DNA from: Iphione sp. A-MEVVRFRX5
Lineage: Eukaryota
Assembly (NCBI GenBank): GCA_976226885.1
Contig: OZ320313.1
Location: 62,124,001-62,188,000 of the forward strand
Direction: 5' to 3'
Length of the DNA stretch: 64,000 bases
Below the pieces are notes generated by a model, which did not search any database, was not told the origin of the DNA, and saw nothing but the letters and a program-made list of their open reading frames with translations. Made by a program: the position numbers and the translations under genes. This document shows, piece by piece, positions 1-14,100 of this stretch (position 1 is its first letter; the number at the start of each line of letters is the position of its first letter).

Positions 1-3000
1 TATTTTTGAATATACAGTGAAATCTCTCTATTCTGTCGACTCCGTATTCCACTGCCCTTGTCACTCCAGACACAAACCTGCAGGAATAGATTTGTTCCCT
101 CCATAACCTGATATGTCAGTCCACCAGTATCGCAAGCAAAATTTTAGGTAGAGATGGGACACCCTCACATTGCCACACCTGTCCTCCGGCTACTCTTAGA
201 TATTCTCCTAGTCAAGGTGTCGCCCCATTCTTTACCCGCCCTCCTGCTAATCTTAGATGTGCTTGCCAGGTAGTCCAGGTGTAGCCGCAATCCTCACCCG
301 CCGTGTAGCTGCTCTTAGGTATTCTTGACACCTTGTTGAGGTGCAGTCTCTGTCTTCTCACACCTTGTTTATATGCAAGTGTATGTACATGTATATGGAA
401 TGCCATGTCCTGATATGTTATGATGATTAAATCTGCAAATGCTTCATTAATGTGTCTCATTACCAGAGATATGGTCAGAGCTAAAAGGTGCAGAGTGTAT
501 GCTATATAGACGATCCCAAAACATTTTCATCGGGCTTGACCACAAAGGTCACCAGTCAGTATCCAACCGCTCTCACTATTGCGGGCATATTCACTTGGAA
601 CCGATCAATGTTTAAATAGCTTTTGGAACAATCTTTATCATAGAGGTAGCTCGGATAAAGATGAGAATAATGGAAGTTTTCCTCAATGAACTGTTAGGAC
701 ATCAACAATTGGCATTGTCACGGATCGCCAACTTTCTTTCCTGCGTTCTCCACAAATACATACTCAGTATATAAAAAAATGTAATGCAGGAAAGCTAAAA
801 CGGAAAACATTTCAAGTTAGTATGGACCGTCATTACCTTTCCTTTAAATTGGCACTGTGCCACATAAAATTATCAAACAAGGCTGTATAAGAACATTTTC
901 GATTGACTGTTCCAGGTTAAGTGACCTTCTCCGTCATAGTAATCGTCCAATCTAAAATATATGTACGCATGTGAAGTCTATAGGACACATTTCGTCAACA
1001 TCAAAAGTAATTGAAAGAAACAAGCATTCTATAGATTGCACATATTTCACGTACATCATTACTTCGTGATTGGGCCGCAGCCGCCCTGTCCAGTCGTCTA
1101 CAAATTAATGAATACCTGCAAAATGCCACTTGAACCTAACATGTAAACCTATACGTCTGCTAGTTAGCGGTATGGTACAGCGCTTCATACTCACATGGAC
1201 GATTTGGGCAACGGTTTGTCTGTATGTGCATGACTTTTAAATACACGAACTCACCGGCCAGTTGTAAGCGGTTGAATTGGATATGTGAAGCAGCTGTATC
1301 ATAGGTATTTTCTTTGCTAGTTAATATTTCCCATCTGTAGCTATTTCCACATTAGCATGTATCATATTTTGTGTTTGTACCGCGTCGGTGACCTAGAAGC
1401 GAAGACGATTGTGATACTGAACAGATCAAAGGGCTGGTCCTGTGGCCAAGTTGCCTACCACTGGTAATACAGTATAAATGAATCACACCTGGTGATATTC
1501 ACGGATGTGGTGAGAGAATTAAGTCTGGTTTGTGACGGGAGGCACCCAAGACTATGTCCATATATGGTCCCAACTCGTCTTAAAAGCAGCACATCATTAC
1601 AAGTGTGCTGAGGGTCCGCTTGCACTCATATATTCACTGACCTCAAGTTATTCCTCATATTAAAGAACCTGGGTGCTTTTTGCCGTCGGCGCTTCAATAT
1701 AAGGTATAACTGCTATTTGTGGCTAACATCGGGATAACTGAGATATGTTTTCACTGAAACTAGATGCAGCGTTTCGTCACCCAATCGATAGGGTTTTTAT
1801 CCAACGGTAATCATGCATCATCGGAAAGAAAACCCTTAGATCCTTTAAAAATGTAGGGAGTTGTCCGGCCAGTCAATATTCCACCCTTTGGATCACGCGT
1901 TTTCGGAGCGTCTAGTTGCACTGAATCATAAACATAAACACGTATAAGTGACTCGGTAATGAATCGCTATCTACGACTCACGCCCACAGTTCCTGTCTTT
2001 AGGGGGCATGTAGCAGTAGTTCTGAACATAATTGCAACCATAATGAGTTCACTTTTTCTAGTATGTGGTGTCTGGAACGATCTCTTCTATTGAGTATAAT
2101 CCTGTATCCTTCGTCACGACAATGGTTGTTTCGGAAGGGGGTGGGGGTGGTAAAGGGTTCGCTGTGTACGGAAGACCCCACACAACTCTGCAACATTTTA
2201 GTTAGTTCCAGCACGTGTTTACCTCTTCCTTTCAATTCACCTACTAACACAAAGCGCCCCCCCCCCCTCACCTCTACCGACCAAAACCTCATCGTAGATA
2301 AACTGCTAGCTCCGCCCTGGCGTCGTTTTTTTTTCAGGACACGTAATACGGGCCAGTACGCATGTCCTCAATTGTTACCTTCCAGGGTATTTAGCGGAGG
2401 CTAACACAAATGTGCTTACGACTACCTCAGATTCATACAGAGTCACTGATATACCAAGGTAGAGACAATATTAACCACTAACACATACTATCACCTGCTA
2501 TGGAATGGGACGTACCGATACTGAACGTAGCCTTGCAGAATGACAGGACGTTCTAATAAATGTATCGGGTTTCCCTTGTGTTGTCAAAATAACTTTAAGT
2601 GCACAGGTGGGGCTGGCGTCACCTGAATATAAACCTTTCGAACATAAACAGCAAGCACTAACTTGGCCGTCTTGTGTTCAAATGAGTGTTGGCCAGTTGG
2701 TGGTGGGTCTCAATCCAAATAAGACTCTTTCGGGATGAACAGCTCGGTGGAGAGATGGCTACAAAAAAATAAAGATGGCGACCTGATTAGATTGTTGATC
2801 ATATCTTCATTAGCACACATACTGCGAGCAAAATCTGGAAAGGATTATATCATCATAATAATGACTGACCTCGAAACAATTAGCCACATTTCGCTAGCTG
2901 TACAGTATTCGCTGCAAGTGCGGGCTGGTAATGGGCTACATTTGCATCCTCGCTTTCTTGACATAACTGCCCTCAAAGGATTCTGCGCCAGAGGACTAGA

Positions 3001-5491
3001 GTGACCGCCTGCTATTGTGCTTTCCTAGCGGCCTTACTCTTTTCTGGGGACACGTTAGGAGTTTCGAGGTCCGTAATATACATGTACGCCATTGCCTCTA
3101 AGATAGAGCTACCTTTCAACCAGCGCACAATCCGGTGTGTCGTAGAGGACAGAAGGTTAAATGTCTTGGACTGCCAATGCCACTGTCAGGCAGTAGATGC
3201 CTCCAGGCTCTTCCTTTCGGAGCTGACCGTCTACATCGAGCTGCCCATAGTCAGTATCAAGTTCAAAGTAACAGAATACCTAACAATGCTTTGTGTTCCC
3301 AAGCAATAAATGTATGCCTGTCTCCAAATTAGAAGCCCCCCCCCCGGGTTTATAGCGTCCAGGACATTGCATTGTACTCGATCAAGACGATCGCGGCTTC
3401 AGCCTAAGCATATTTTACATTTCCTTTTTCAATCCTGATTAAAACATTGCATTGACAATTTTCTTGGACCTTGGACGACCCTTGGCCAAGAAAGATGGAT
3501 AATACATAGACGGTTGTATAGAAATTACAGGTATACAATTAACGTGTTTTGTATTTTTCTAGAGGTTTTATTCTTTCCTTGGCACACGTTACGAGTTCGG
3601 GGTCCATCATTTGCCTCTTTTCAACCGGCGCACAATCCTGTATGTTGTAGAGGACAGAAGATTACATTTATAAACATATTTTACACCAATCGGGACGCTG
3701 GGTTATATCTTAACCCGCCAACCAATTTAAAAATTGTGGAATGTCCTATGATTAGACCAACGGTTTTTTCTACCCGAGTGCAGATCACCCCCTCACACAT
3801 GATTTGTCTAAAATAAGCGACGATCAACAAATTGAGTACTACAACCATAGTGAAATCTCCAGCGATAACAAACATTAAGAAAAGTCGACATATTCCTACA
3901 TCATTATGTATTTTAAATACTTTCAAATGAGTATTTTAATGCTGTCGTTAATGAGCGTGTACATATCATGGTCGTTCCGGTGCATACATTTAGGCTCAAA
4001 TGAGCATTGCCTGTAAATTTCACACACCACATTACAGAGTCTTGCATTAAATCCAGTATGGTATGGCAAATGTCCTAGGACCAGGTTCTGAGTAATATAA
4101 CATGTAGAAAAGCAGCAGGGATCCATACACAGAAACACACCTTACGGAGATTTGCAGTAAAAGCTCATTCTCCCCAGACACTCTCTGCACACAGTCATGC
4201 ATAAAAATCGAATTCATGGAAACACAGCCGACTACTGATGCTTACTTCATACAGCCTGCCAACTTTTTTTGCACAAATGTAAAATTCACGTAGGCTGAGT
4301 CACAAATTGCGTCAATAACTGATGATATATACTGTTAAAGAAAGGGTATGTTTTCCTTTGTTGTTTGAATAGTCTGCTGACTGCATTGACAAAAAATGGC
4401 GAATAGTCTAGCCACGTGATTCTTACTTAAATTTTGGCCCAACCAGCAAAAAAGCCCGCAGCTCGGGGCAAAGTCACGAGATTTTCCATCAAACAAGGAA
4501 AGCGAACAGATTGCCTGAAGAGGGCTCTAAAAGGGAAGAGGGAAGCACCCCGGGTTATGCTGACCTTGTGAATGCAAATGGTGGCTCTCTACCGCAACCT
4601 GGTTTGCTTACCACATTTTCAAAAGTTTTCGCTCTACGTCCAATTAAAAGTTCTGACAGTTAGTTTAGAAATATTATTACATATACATATACAAAATGAT
4701 ACATATGTATGTGTATGTAGGGCATCTCAGGGGTTAGTTTGGTACAGAAATAGCGCCTATACTGAAGTCCTCTTTGTGTAAGTTTGTGTATGTTACATGA
4801 GCAATGTATCTAGCATACCTGATCACTTATGTTATCGCATGAACCATATAGCACAACTCAACCGTGTCAAAGGGAAATTTGTCCTCTAGCGTCAAAATTC
4901 AATGATTTACATGGATATACATGTATACCTATTTACATACAGGAGTTCTTTGGTTCTCAATTGCTATACCTTTAGATATAGACTTAGAACTACGCCAACA
5001 GCAAGTTTGAAATCCACCACCTAGGATTTCTTCATCATCTTGTTGATTCCTGTTTCGTTGTAATAATTAGAATATAATTAACTACACTATTGCGGTCATT
5101 AGAGGCGGAAGCCTACACGGTGACTGAATGCAGCTGAATGTTGGCACAGTAAATTCATTAGTTCTCACATAATACAAACACTGATCAACAAGCAACTTGT
5201 AGCTACATAGGTGTAAACGCCTTTACTTGGATGTATATATGTACATGTATATATTATTTACGCGTTCCGAGATTCCAGACGGCAGGGAATAGATTGTCGA
5301 CTTAATCGGTGAACAAATGCTGTAGCCTATACATTGCCTATTACCTATATTAAAAAGAAATAATGGTACAGACATTAGATGATGGAACACAAAATGGGCC
5401 AGGGTCTTGATATAGTTTGTCGGGCAACTATTGACTGGAACTATTGGTCATCTTAAGAAAGTCAGAATCTACCAGGAATCTAGAGACCTAA

Positions 5492-6123
5492 GCCCCGGTT
5501 TCCATACATGCGGCGACCTGCGTTGGTATGCGTGTGCGTTTCAGTGCGGGAAACGCATTGTCGGGGTGTTACTGCATGGCGACGCACAGGGGTGTCCTTG
5601 TTCATGTGTGCGTTTGTGTGTGTGAACTAAGCAAAAAAATACAAAAAACAGCCAAAAAACGCCGAAAAACAGCAAATTACATGGAAACTGGGCCGAAAAA
5701 CGCTTATTTCATGCAAATTCAGCAAAAAAATGGCAAATTACATGGAAAATCGGCCGATAAATGGCTTATTTCATGCAAATTAGGCTGAAAAATGGCAAAA
5801 TTGTGCGGAAAAATTTGGGGAAAACACAACATTGTGCGGAAATGTGCAGTATCCACATCCAAAAAGTGAGTAAAAGTGAGTAAAAACAAGTAAAAGTGGG
5901 GAAATACAGGTGCGTTGGTGTGTGTTGGTGTGCGTTGCTGTGCATTTGCGGCAAATTTACGGGAAAGGATGGAAAATGGGCCCCGCAGGTCACCGCAGGT
6001 TACCGCACACGCAGGTCACCGCATGTATGGAAACCATCTCACTGTTTGCCTATAGATCAATAATGACATAATTCACCACAGGTCACCGCACACGCATACC
6101 ACCACACGTAAGGAAACCGGGCC
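5492..6123. mobile_element. PIF/Harbinger-like MITE, GGCCCGGTTTCC family
   Basis: TAA|GCCCCGGTTTCC...GGAAACCGGGCC|TAA; internal A-rich repeats related to the 58093 copy. Confidence 0.8.
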
Positions 6124-9100
6124 TAAAGGCCACTCTGGTCCATTCAAAACAGCAAGGTAGAAGCAAAACCTTCAGCTGACCAAAACTCACGTCCCACACC
6201 AACAAAACTGTTTATACTGTAACAGTATGAGATGCTATTAAAAGATTATTCACATATTGCGACTGGCTGAGGACAAGTCATCAGAGGCAGGAAGGCGGGG
6301 AGGGGGGGGCCGTGGGGTTGTAATGTCATATTGGTCTAATTGATCTAACATTGTCCGACTCTCACTTGTCTTTTTAATTGTTACAACTTTTGATTATCTA
6401 GTAAGTGATTTCCAGCTGGGAAAACGTACAAGTGTACAGCCAGGCGATATACATGAGTAAACGAGTAGAGTAGGTATGGACAAGTGCAAGTTGGATAATG
6501 TCTTAGGCTCCCAGTGATGGGTCAATTCAAAACATTTGCGATATTGACGTTTGTGTGCGTAAGGACTGATAATTGGGATAATGTATAATCTGTGAGGCTA
6601 TCCTCGCCTTAGCCTGGCAATGTTCGAGGCATTCTTTGTCCTTTCAGGTTAAACTGGGGACATGTTTCCACTAGAAATGTGTGATTCTTCTCTCCAAAAT
6701 AAAACACAAGGGGTGTATTCAGAGTACGTTCAAGGTTAGGATAGAGGCGGAAAATTCAGTTTAGTGTCACCTGTAAGAGTGCGTTTGGATTACTGGATTA
6801 CCTGTAAAAGATGCGGAGGGGGGGGCGATATATAGGTCGAATTGGAAATGTATCATGTGACAGGACGGTGTCCTATTTCTAGGGGATTACAAGCAAGATA
6901 GGGAGACACCCTGTTGCCATATTGTAATTAGAAGGGACGAATATTAAGTCCGGATTCGCATCCTAGATAACACATTGGGTTATCCATACAAACCAAATGC
7001 CGACATATTACGACTCGCAGTTCCTTTATGGAGAGCCATTCGCTAGAGTAAACTGGTGAGAGTATAAATCGCAACAAAGTAAGAATATTTGGCTGAATAC
7101 CAGTTAGTCTGCGGAGTTAATCGTCTTAATGCGGTAGTAATGTAAATGTAAGAGCATCATTATAACTTAATTAAATCTAATATCTAATATCAGAAAAAAT
7201 AACTAGCAATGTCTACAGTATTTTCCCAGTTGGCTAGTTGGAGTATTTCCTGCATACTAGACAAAGGACATCTCTGGTTCGAGTTGGGGAGAAGGTATCG
7301 GTTAGTACGAAACAGAAAAAGGTCATAAGAATAAGCCTCCAGTGATGGGGTCTGGCCTCAATCTGTGGTGTCTTACCTCCAGTGATGATCGCGCCATATC
7401 ATGGGATGATCTGCTTATGCAAACAGCCCTCACCTCTTGTGTATTGTAGCCTTATTTATCCGGGATTGGAGTTCTAATTCTTGCCCTTTCGAAGAAAACC
7501 ACCAAAGTCAGTGCCTGTGAATGAACACTGAGCGTAGACCTTCAAGGTCATATTTTTAGTGGATTTGATATTAAGTGCTGTATTGAAAGTTGTCTATAAT
7601 ACCAAAAGAAAAAAAAGAAAAATTAAAGCATTTAAATTACTCTAAAAGGAAATTTGATTTCAACAATCTTGAGTTGTACTCCTTCACAAAACATTCTTCT
7701 CTGGCCCAGTTTTATTTATCAGGAGGATGTCTCCTCTCATTGACTGCCTTGGTTAAAGATTCTTTTAGTTCATTTAAGCCATAAATTATAATAGAGTAAG
7801 TGAAACTCTTATAGATAGAAATACCAATAGGATTTGTGATTTCACACATCTAGAATTAAAATAGTCTTCTTTTGTTCCTCCCCAGATAGAATCATCCACT
7901 TTTTTATCATTCAGTTGATTTTCTTAAAGGTCAACACTGCACATTTTGGTCAGTTATAAAAATGTTTTTGATCTAAATTTTAATTGTACACATCTTTTAG
8001 ATCTCCTAATTATAACTTAACACACGTTCTACCCACAAGGTGATCATTATATATGCATATAGTCCACATTATCAGTCTGCAAAAAATATAGCTTATAATA
8101 TATAAACGTATATGTATGTATTGCACGTTTCCCTTAGAAATAGCAGCATAAAAGAAAGTCGTCGCCTGCTTTCGACTACAGTCGCAAATAGATTGAACTA
8201 CATCTGTATTGGTACTTCTCGTATTACCAGTGAATTGTAGAATACAGTATATTCTCACATCACCATGACCAGTTCTATATACTTGACACAACATATCTTA
8301 TACGCTGAGTAGCAATTGGCTAAGAACATGTTATACATCTATTTGTACATCTATTTGATTAGTTACAGTGTAGCATTAATATTCCATACTCTATTTTAAT
8401 TGGTTGAAAACATTCCGGTCCCATGAACAATCATTCCATATACAGATGGTTCTCCGAAACCGAACACTCAAAAAAGAAATACCTGTGACCAATACGGGAG
8501 TCTATACTTGGACCTGGGGTTGGGCAGTTGGCTTCATTGAACTAAAAGTTGGAAATACAGAATTACTGGGTATTATTTGCACTCTATTAGGGACTGTGTT
8601 TACTGACAAATTAAGTGGCTGTGTTTAAATTGACCTATGGCAACATATAGATCACTTAGTTAAACATAAGAAAACCATGCGCCTGTTCAGTGTATCATGG
8701 AACACATTTTGAATACGCTCAATACACAAGCCTGTCAAACCATCTTCCCTGACGTTTCTACCTTGTGTTTGGCATAAGAAAGACTTTTTGTCACGCAACG
8801 TACACATTATGACAAAGACGAACACGTACAGACACAAAGAGAGAACCTTTGCTCTTAAAGCAACTGCATTCAGCTGTTGTCTCTACTGTAGACAAATGAG
8901 TATTACTGGTCGATATATCATTTAGAAAAAGACTTGAATAAAAGAATACAAGTAAAAGGCCGGTATATACATGGAACCTTGGATATTCCGAGGATGCATA
9001 CTGTCAGCTAGTAACTGAATTTCCTGTATGAATTCTAATGTTTCTCTACCTAAGACTTAATGTGATTGATCTTGTGAAGCTATAACCACACTGGCGCCTT

Positions 9101-10457
9101 ATCATTCAATGCCGTGGCGCTCGAGAAGTGACATTACGTTCCAGAATGTCGGGCTTACTATGGTGGCATTGCGCTACATGTTAGAGATTATAGGTTCTTT
9201 GTCGCTGGGCTCCCTCAAGGTCATCTCGGGTTAGCTTTGTTGGTAAAAACCTGTCTTCTGTAGCTGGAACTCCCTTTTGGAGAAACACATTGTCGAATTC
9301 TGTAATGCCTTGTATTGTCAACCTTGCTGTAGTTGAAACCGCCCACATATCTTGACCTCGCTCCATTATATTCGATACATTCCTTGCCTTTGTGCAGCTC
9401 GTAAGAATTGACTTCTCTCTGTTGTTTTCAATCATAACTAGCTAAAACCTGCTTGCATTTTCGATCGAGGCCATACATTATGACGAAGAGCCCTTGCTGG
9501 GTAAGCTCCGATGCCTCGGTGCCAAGTCTTCTATCGCTTGGCGACTGCCCTAGTGTCACGCTTAAATGTAGTGCATTATAATAAACACCACCCAGCAGAT
9601 TATTGTGGTTGAAGTGATGCCAGGAACCTGAGCAGCGCACTACAGAGTTCACAAGTGTACATGTACAATGTACTATAGCACTGAGTACTCATGCTAGTCT
9701 TGACATATCACGCCGGTTCCATTCCTGTCATGAATACTTGTAAAACGCTCGTCCATACATGCCCTATCAAATATAATGTATTGATCGTCTGGTGTTGGTG
9801 CCAAAGTATAGCCTTATTCTCCCACACATGAACATCCGGCAAGTAAGCACTTGTTTTCCGCGCGTTTGAAAACATGGAAATTCAGATTGTCCAACTAAAA
9901 CATTTGATCAGAAGGGTTACATGCATGTGATTATTTCCGTATTACAGCAACAACGCCAAACAGATAATTTATTGTGTAGAGGTTTGTAGGGAGAATATTA
10001 CCTCCCGATTTGGAATTAGAAAATATGGTAATCCGTTCTTGGAATGAATGTGATGACAGCCCTTTACACGCTTGCCTTATACAGTTACTTCATCAGGCAT
10101 TTTTATACCCAACTAAGATTCCTCATTGCGATAAAACGTTTCGTCGTTGGGAAGCAAAGTATAATAATACATGCATATAATTATATAGTATAAATATTTA
10201 CATTTTCATTACTGATCGTCGAAAGGAAGAAATTCATGAAGTATCAATTTCGAAGGCATCACACTGACGCACACTCACACACACTCACGAATACGTACTT
10301 CTCTCCTCTCCTCAACATTTCGTTTTATACCTTGTACTTCTCCCTGCCTGATCTGAACCTCTCTCCCCAGAACTCCTCACTCCTCTCAACCATCGCATCT
10401 CTAGCCGTAACCTTTCCTTGTCTCCCCTCACCTTCTCTTGTCACCCTCACAAGAATG

Positions 10458-10463
<6 letters not shown>

Positions 10464-10528
<65 letters not shown>
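10464..10528. repeat. (CT)n microsatellite
   Basis: Direct. Confidence 0.98.
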
Positions 10529-10534
<6 letters not shown>

Positions 10535-10995
10535 ATTATTTCCCTCCCTCCAGCACTGCTCATTTGTCCCTGTAGTCTCCCTTTCTTCCTTAATTATAGA
10601 TTGTGAATGAATGTAATTGAGTATCAAAATATGTAGTGTTATTGGTCAATAAGGAACTATCATCAACATCGATAAATCCCTAATTATTATTATAATCATT
10701 ATTTCCACTGGTAATTCTTTACATCCAAAGGAGTAACTGCAGTGTGTCAGCACATTGAAGCCTTTGTACTTCGCATGTTCAAACTTAATGCGAACAAATG
10801 TAGTAGCGCTTGCTTTGTGATTTTAATATAGTGGTTTAATACTTCACACAGAATTCTGGCAACCATAAATATCCGAAATAATGAGGTTTAACTGTAATCA
10901 TCCCAGAATACATTATTTCTTCTTATTCTTTAGGGTTTCTTGCTTAAAGAACCCATCGGTCATTGTTTTAATAACTTTGCATTTCTACTTCACAG

Positions 10996-11113
10996 GACGA
11001 ACTTGTTAAATATGGATTCGCGCAAAAGAGTGCAGATAGTGAGAGTGTGGAAGAAGACATTGCCAAAGAGGCGTTTAAGTCCTTTCAAAATTATTATGGT
11101 CTGGCAGAAACCG
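10996..11113 (+). CDS. MMP: MMP exon: prodomain (peptidoglycan-binding-like)
   Basis: cacag|GAC...ACC G|gtgtgt; DELVKYGFAQKSADSESVEEDIAKEAFKSFQNYYGLAETG; not present in the ORF track. Confidence 0.88.
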
Positions 11114-14100
11114 GTGTGTAAATTTACACTTTCGTAGAGAATAGATCTTATTAGAACAGCTCAGTAAGTTTCTTACAGTTTTTGTTCTAGCACTGTCTTC
11201 CAGTAGCCTTAACAGATGATCGGTCCCATATAAGTATTTGTGTACAATGTATTTGCACAGATGCCGAATAAAGCAGTCAATGTGTACATTAAATATGTAT
11301 AGGATACAAAAATAATATGATAATATATAATATGTATATAATACATATATTGTAGATTATCGTGAAGTCAAAATTGTCGAAGCAACAAGATCTTATGAAG
11401 TATCAATTTATTCGGATATTTATTCGGATCCAAATTTTGGAGAATAGCCTGGATCTATGTTTTCATATCTTTTCATCTGCAGGCGTTCCGGATCAAGAAA
11501 CGGTCAAATTAATGAGCACTCCTCGCTGTGGATTCCCTGACATACTGGACAATAGCACTTTATCAGGGCGGCGAAAAAAGAGATTTCTTCCTTTAGGTAG
11601 TATTGTCTGTATTCCTACATGTGCCCCAATACTAAAGGATACTGTTCCGCGGAATATAGCTCCACAGCTCTGGAAGTCTTTGATTCTTGAATGATCAGTT
11701 ACCCAAATTGGAGAGCTTTGTGTTAAAAGTTGAAGTTTAGCATAACATTTGAACATACTGATTGCAGTATAATAGGAAATCTATTATGTTATTTATTATC
11801 ATCAAGCTTATTAATTATTGTATACATGTATTTTCCTAATATATACAGTATCACCTCGCTAATACGACCACCATTTGTTCTGACTTTAAATGGTCTTTAT
11901 AGGGAGTGGTCTTATTAGAGAAGGGTATCTATATACAGATGAACCTCGCCAGCCTGAGTCACAACAACCGGAATTCTTCCCTAACCGTAATGATTTTAAA
12001 TAACCAAGTGTTTCTCTGTATAAAATGTACTATTTAACCAGATTTTCATTTTCCATGGCTGGATTCCACTTGACCACATTCTTACATGCCTTACTATAGG
12101 AAATACACACAGTCAACTGGACTAGAGAGAACAAAGGAAGCGTCAGAGACATGTAAAATGATTATACAACAGTGATATGTGGGCCAGCTCTCATAAACAT
12201 ACATCTCACCCATACAAAAAAACCAATATCCACAGGCCCTCCGGTTAACAAGGTTCCTCTGTACCCCTAGGACTTTCTGTTCCTTTCAATGGTCTTAAGA
12301 GGGAGGTGATCTGATTAGAGAGGTGGTCGTAGTCCAAGGGGATACTGCATTGTCTTTTTGGTTACCATGGCAACAGCATGGGATAAGACATTATGATAGA
12401 GTACCAGGATTCACTTTCCAGTGCTACCTATTTTGATTCCTAGAAAGAAACAGTAATAGTTCCAAACTTCCCCCCAAAAAGCACATGCACTTACACATAC
12501 GTCATGTGACTCCCTTAGTGATTGCCCATAATGTAATTTAGTCAATTTTCATCTAGCCATCTGCTTTACACTTCTTGGGACTTGTATTGTCTATTTCCCT
12601 GAAAAGAAGAGATTATTACTTAAGGCTCTTCAGAAAACCCATAGGCTTATCTGCCAATAGTGGTGGTTAAGCCTAGATTCTTCCTTGGTTGTCACATGCA
12701 ATATGTGTGAAAAACTGATGGGGCAACAATACTTAGTTTGCTTAATTACTGTAATAATCAAAGTATATACTGTAATAATCTATGTATATTTTTTCAAGGT
12801 CGTTGGACTAGGACAGATTTGACGTATAGCGTGGGAAGCTCAACTAAAATGCCTTTACATCAGGTCGAAGCAATAATTGCTAAAGCTTTGGAGGTATTTA
12901 TGAATAATTCTATTGTAGCGTGGAATTTTGCATGTTGAACAGTGATTTCAGCTGCTTCCGTGTAAATGATATTTTTTATGATGATTAAATGCACAGCCCT
13001 TTGTGTACGGAGAGTAATAATATATGTTGAGAAACTCAAATGAAGCAAAGCTTTAAGATATCCTTGAATCAGTCTCAAAACATAAAGCATTTCCAAAGCA
13101 TTGAGGAGCCAGGCATATACATGAATTGAATAGTCCATATCTGTAAAGGTCTTTGCCGTGATGCAGCCATTCATATTTTGAAAATGGATATTGCAACATA
13201 TAAATAATGCCTTTCTAGCTTAACCCCGTCCAGGCGGCCACTGTAAAAATGCACTCCCAGGGCGATGATGGCGAATGCACTAACACATTCCCATGTGAAC
13301 GATGGGCAATGCATTTTTGCAACAGGACCCCAAGAGCATTAATTTAATGATATCAAATGGAGATAATAGATGGATTTTTATGAGATTTGAACAAAATATA
13401 GACAAATAACCATACGCCATTCTAGTTTATTCCGAAATTATGAATTCTGAAGTGAATATGACATTTTCCATTAAAACTGTCATATTTCCCTGTGTTTACA
13501 TAGGAAACTGCTGACATATGAAGTAAATTACCTACCTGATATTAAAATCATCTGTCCATACAAAAATGACGCAATAGTAAAGTGCCGCCCTCTGTAGGAA
13601 AGTGCCAAAATTAACTCCACTGCATGAGTCCATGACTTATCGTCAGGTCCCGCTGTTAAAGGGTTAATTAAGTAGGTGTGTTCCATAACTTTACTGTGTT
13701 GTCAACAATGTGATAGCAGATGCATAACTTATTACAAAAATGAGGATGGGCTTAGAGCTGGGCACCCAAAGAAAAGTTGTCGCAAATTTGAACCTCTCTG
13801 TAGCAAATATACAATCAGTTCAGCACTAAACTAGTCAACAATGAAAGAGGATTGTCGCATTCATTAATATCTTTGTCGCATGTTTTTTTGCGAAATGCAA
13901 CAGGTTGCCCAGCCCTGTAAAGTCGTAACTACTCATTTAAGATGATAAGGCATTAATAACTATCAATTCTGCATATGTTACATTCTCTCTATTCAAACAG
14001 ATTTTCTGCTATATTTTCTAACGTCATTATGAAGGCTCTACACTCTCAGAGGGTTCATTCAGAGAACTGTACCTATACATTTACAGAGAACACATTGAAA

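Noticed and set aside
212-4250. Scattered minus-strand exon candidates (donor near 4240; segments near 3880, 2830 and 2100)
   Set aside because: Could not be joined into a coherent frame or family.
7590-7930. Possible L1/Tx1 relic on the minus strand (IWGGTKE)
   Set aside because: Too many stops and only a short motif.
9181-9652. Two adjacent minus-strand ORFs (84 and 74 aa) as exons
   Set aside because: No recognisable domain, weak splice signals and no phase-consistent partners.
10236-10627. ORFs with SLSLSL / ERERER runs (also near 40381 and 60334-60585)
   Set aside because: Translations of (CT)n/(GA)n microsatellites.
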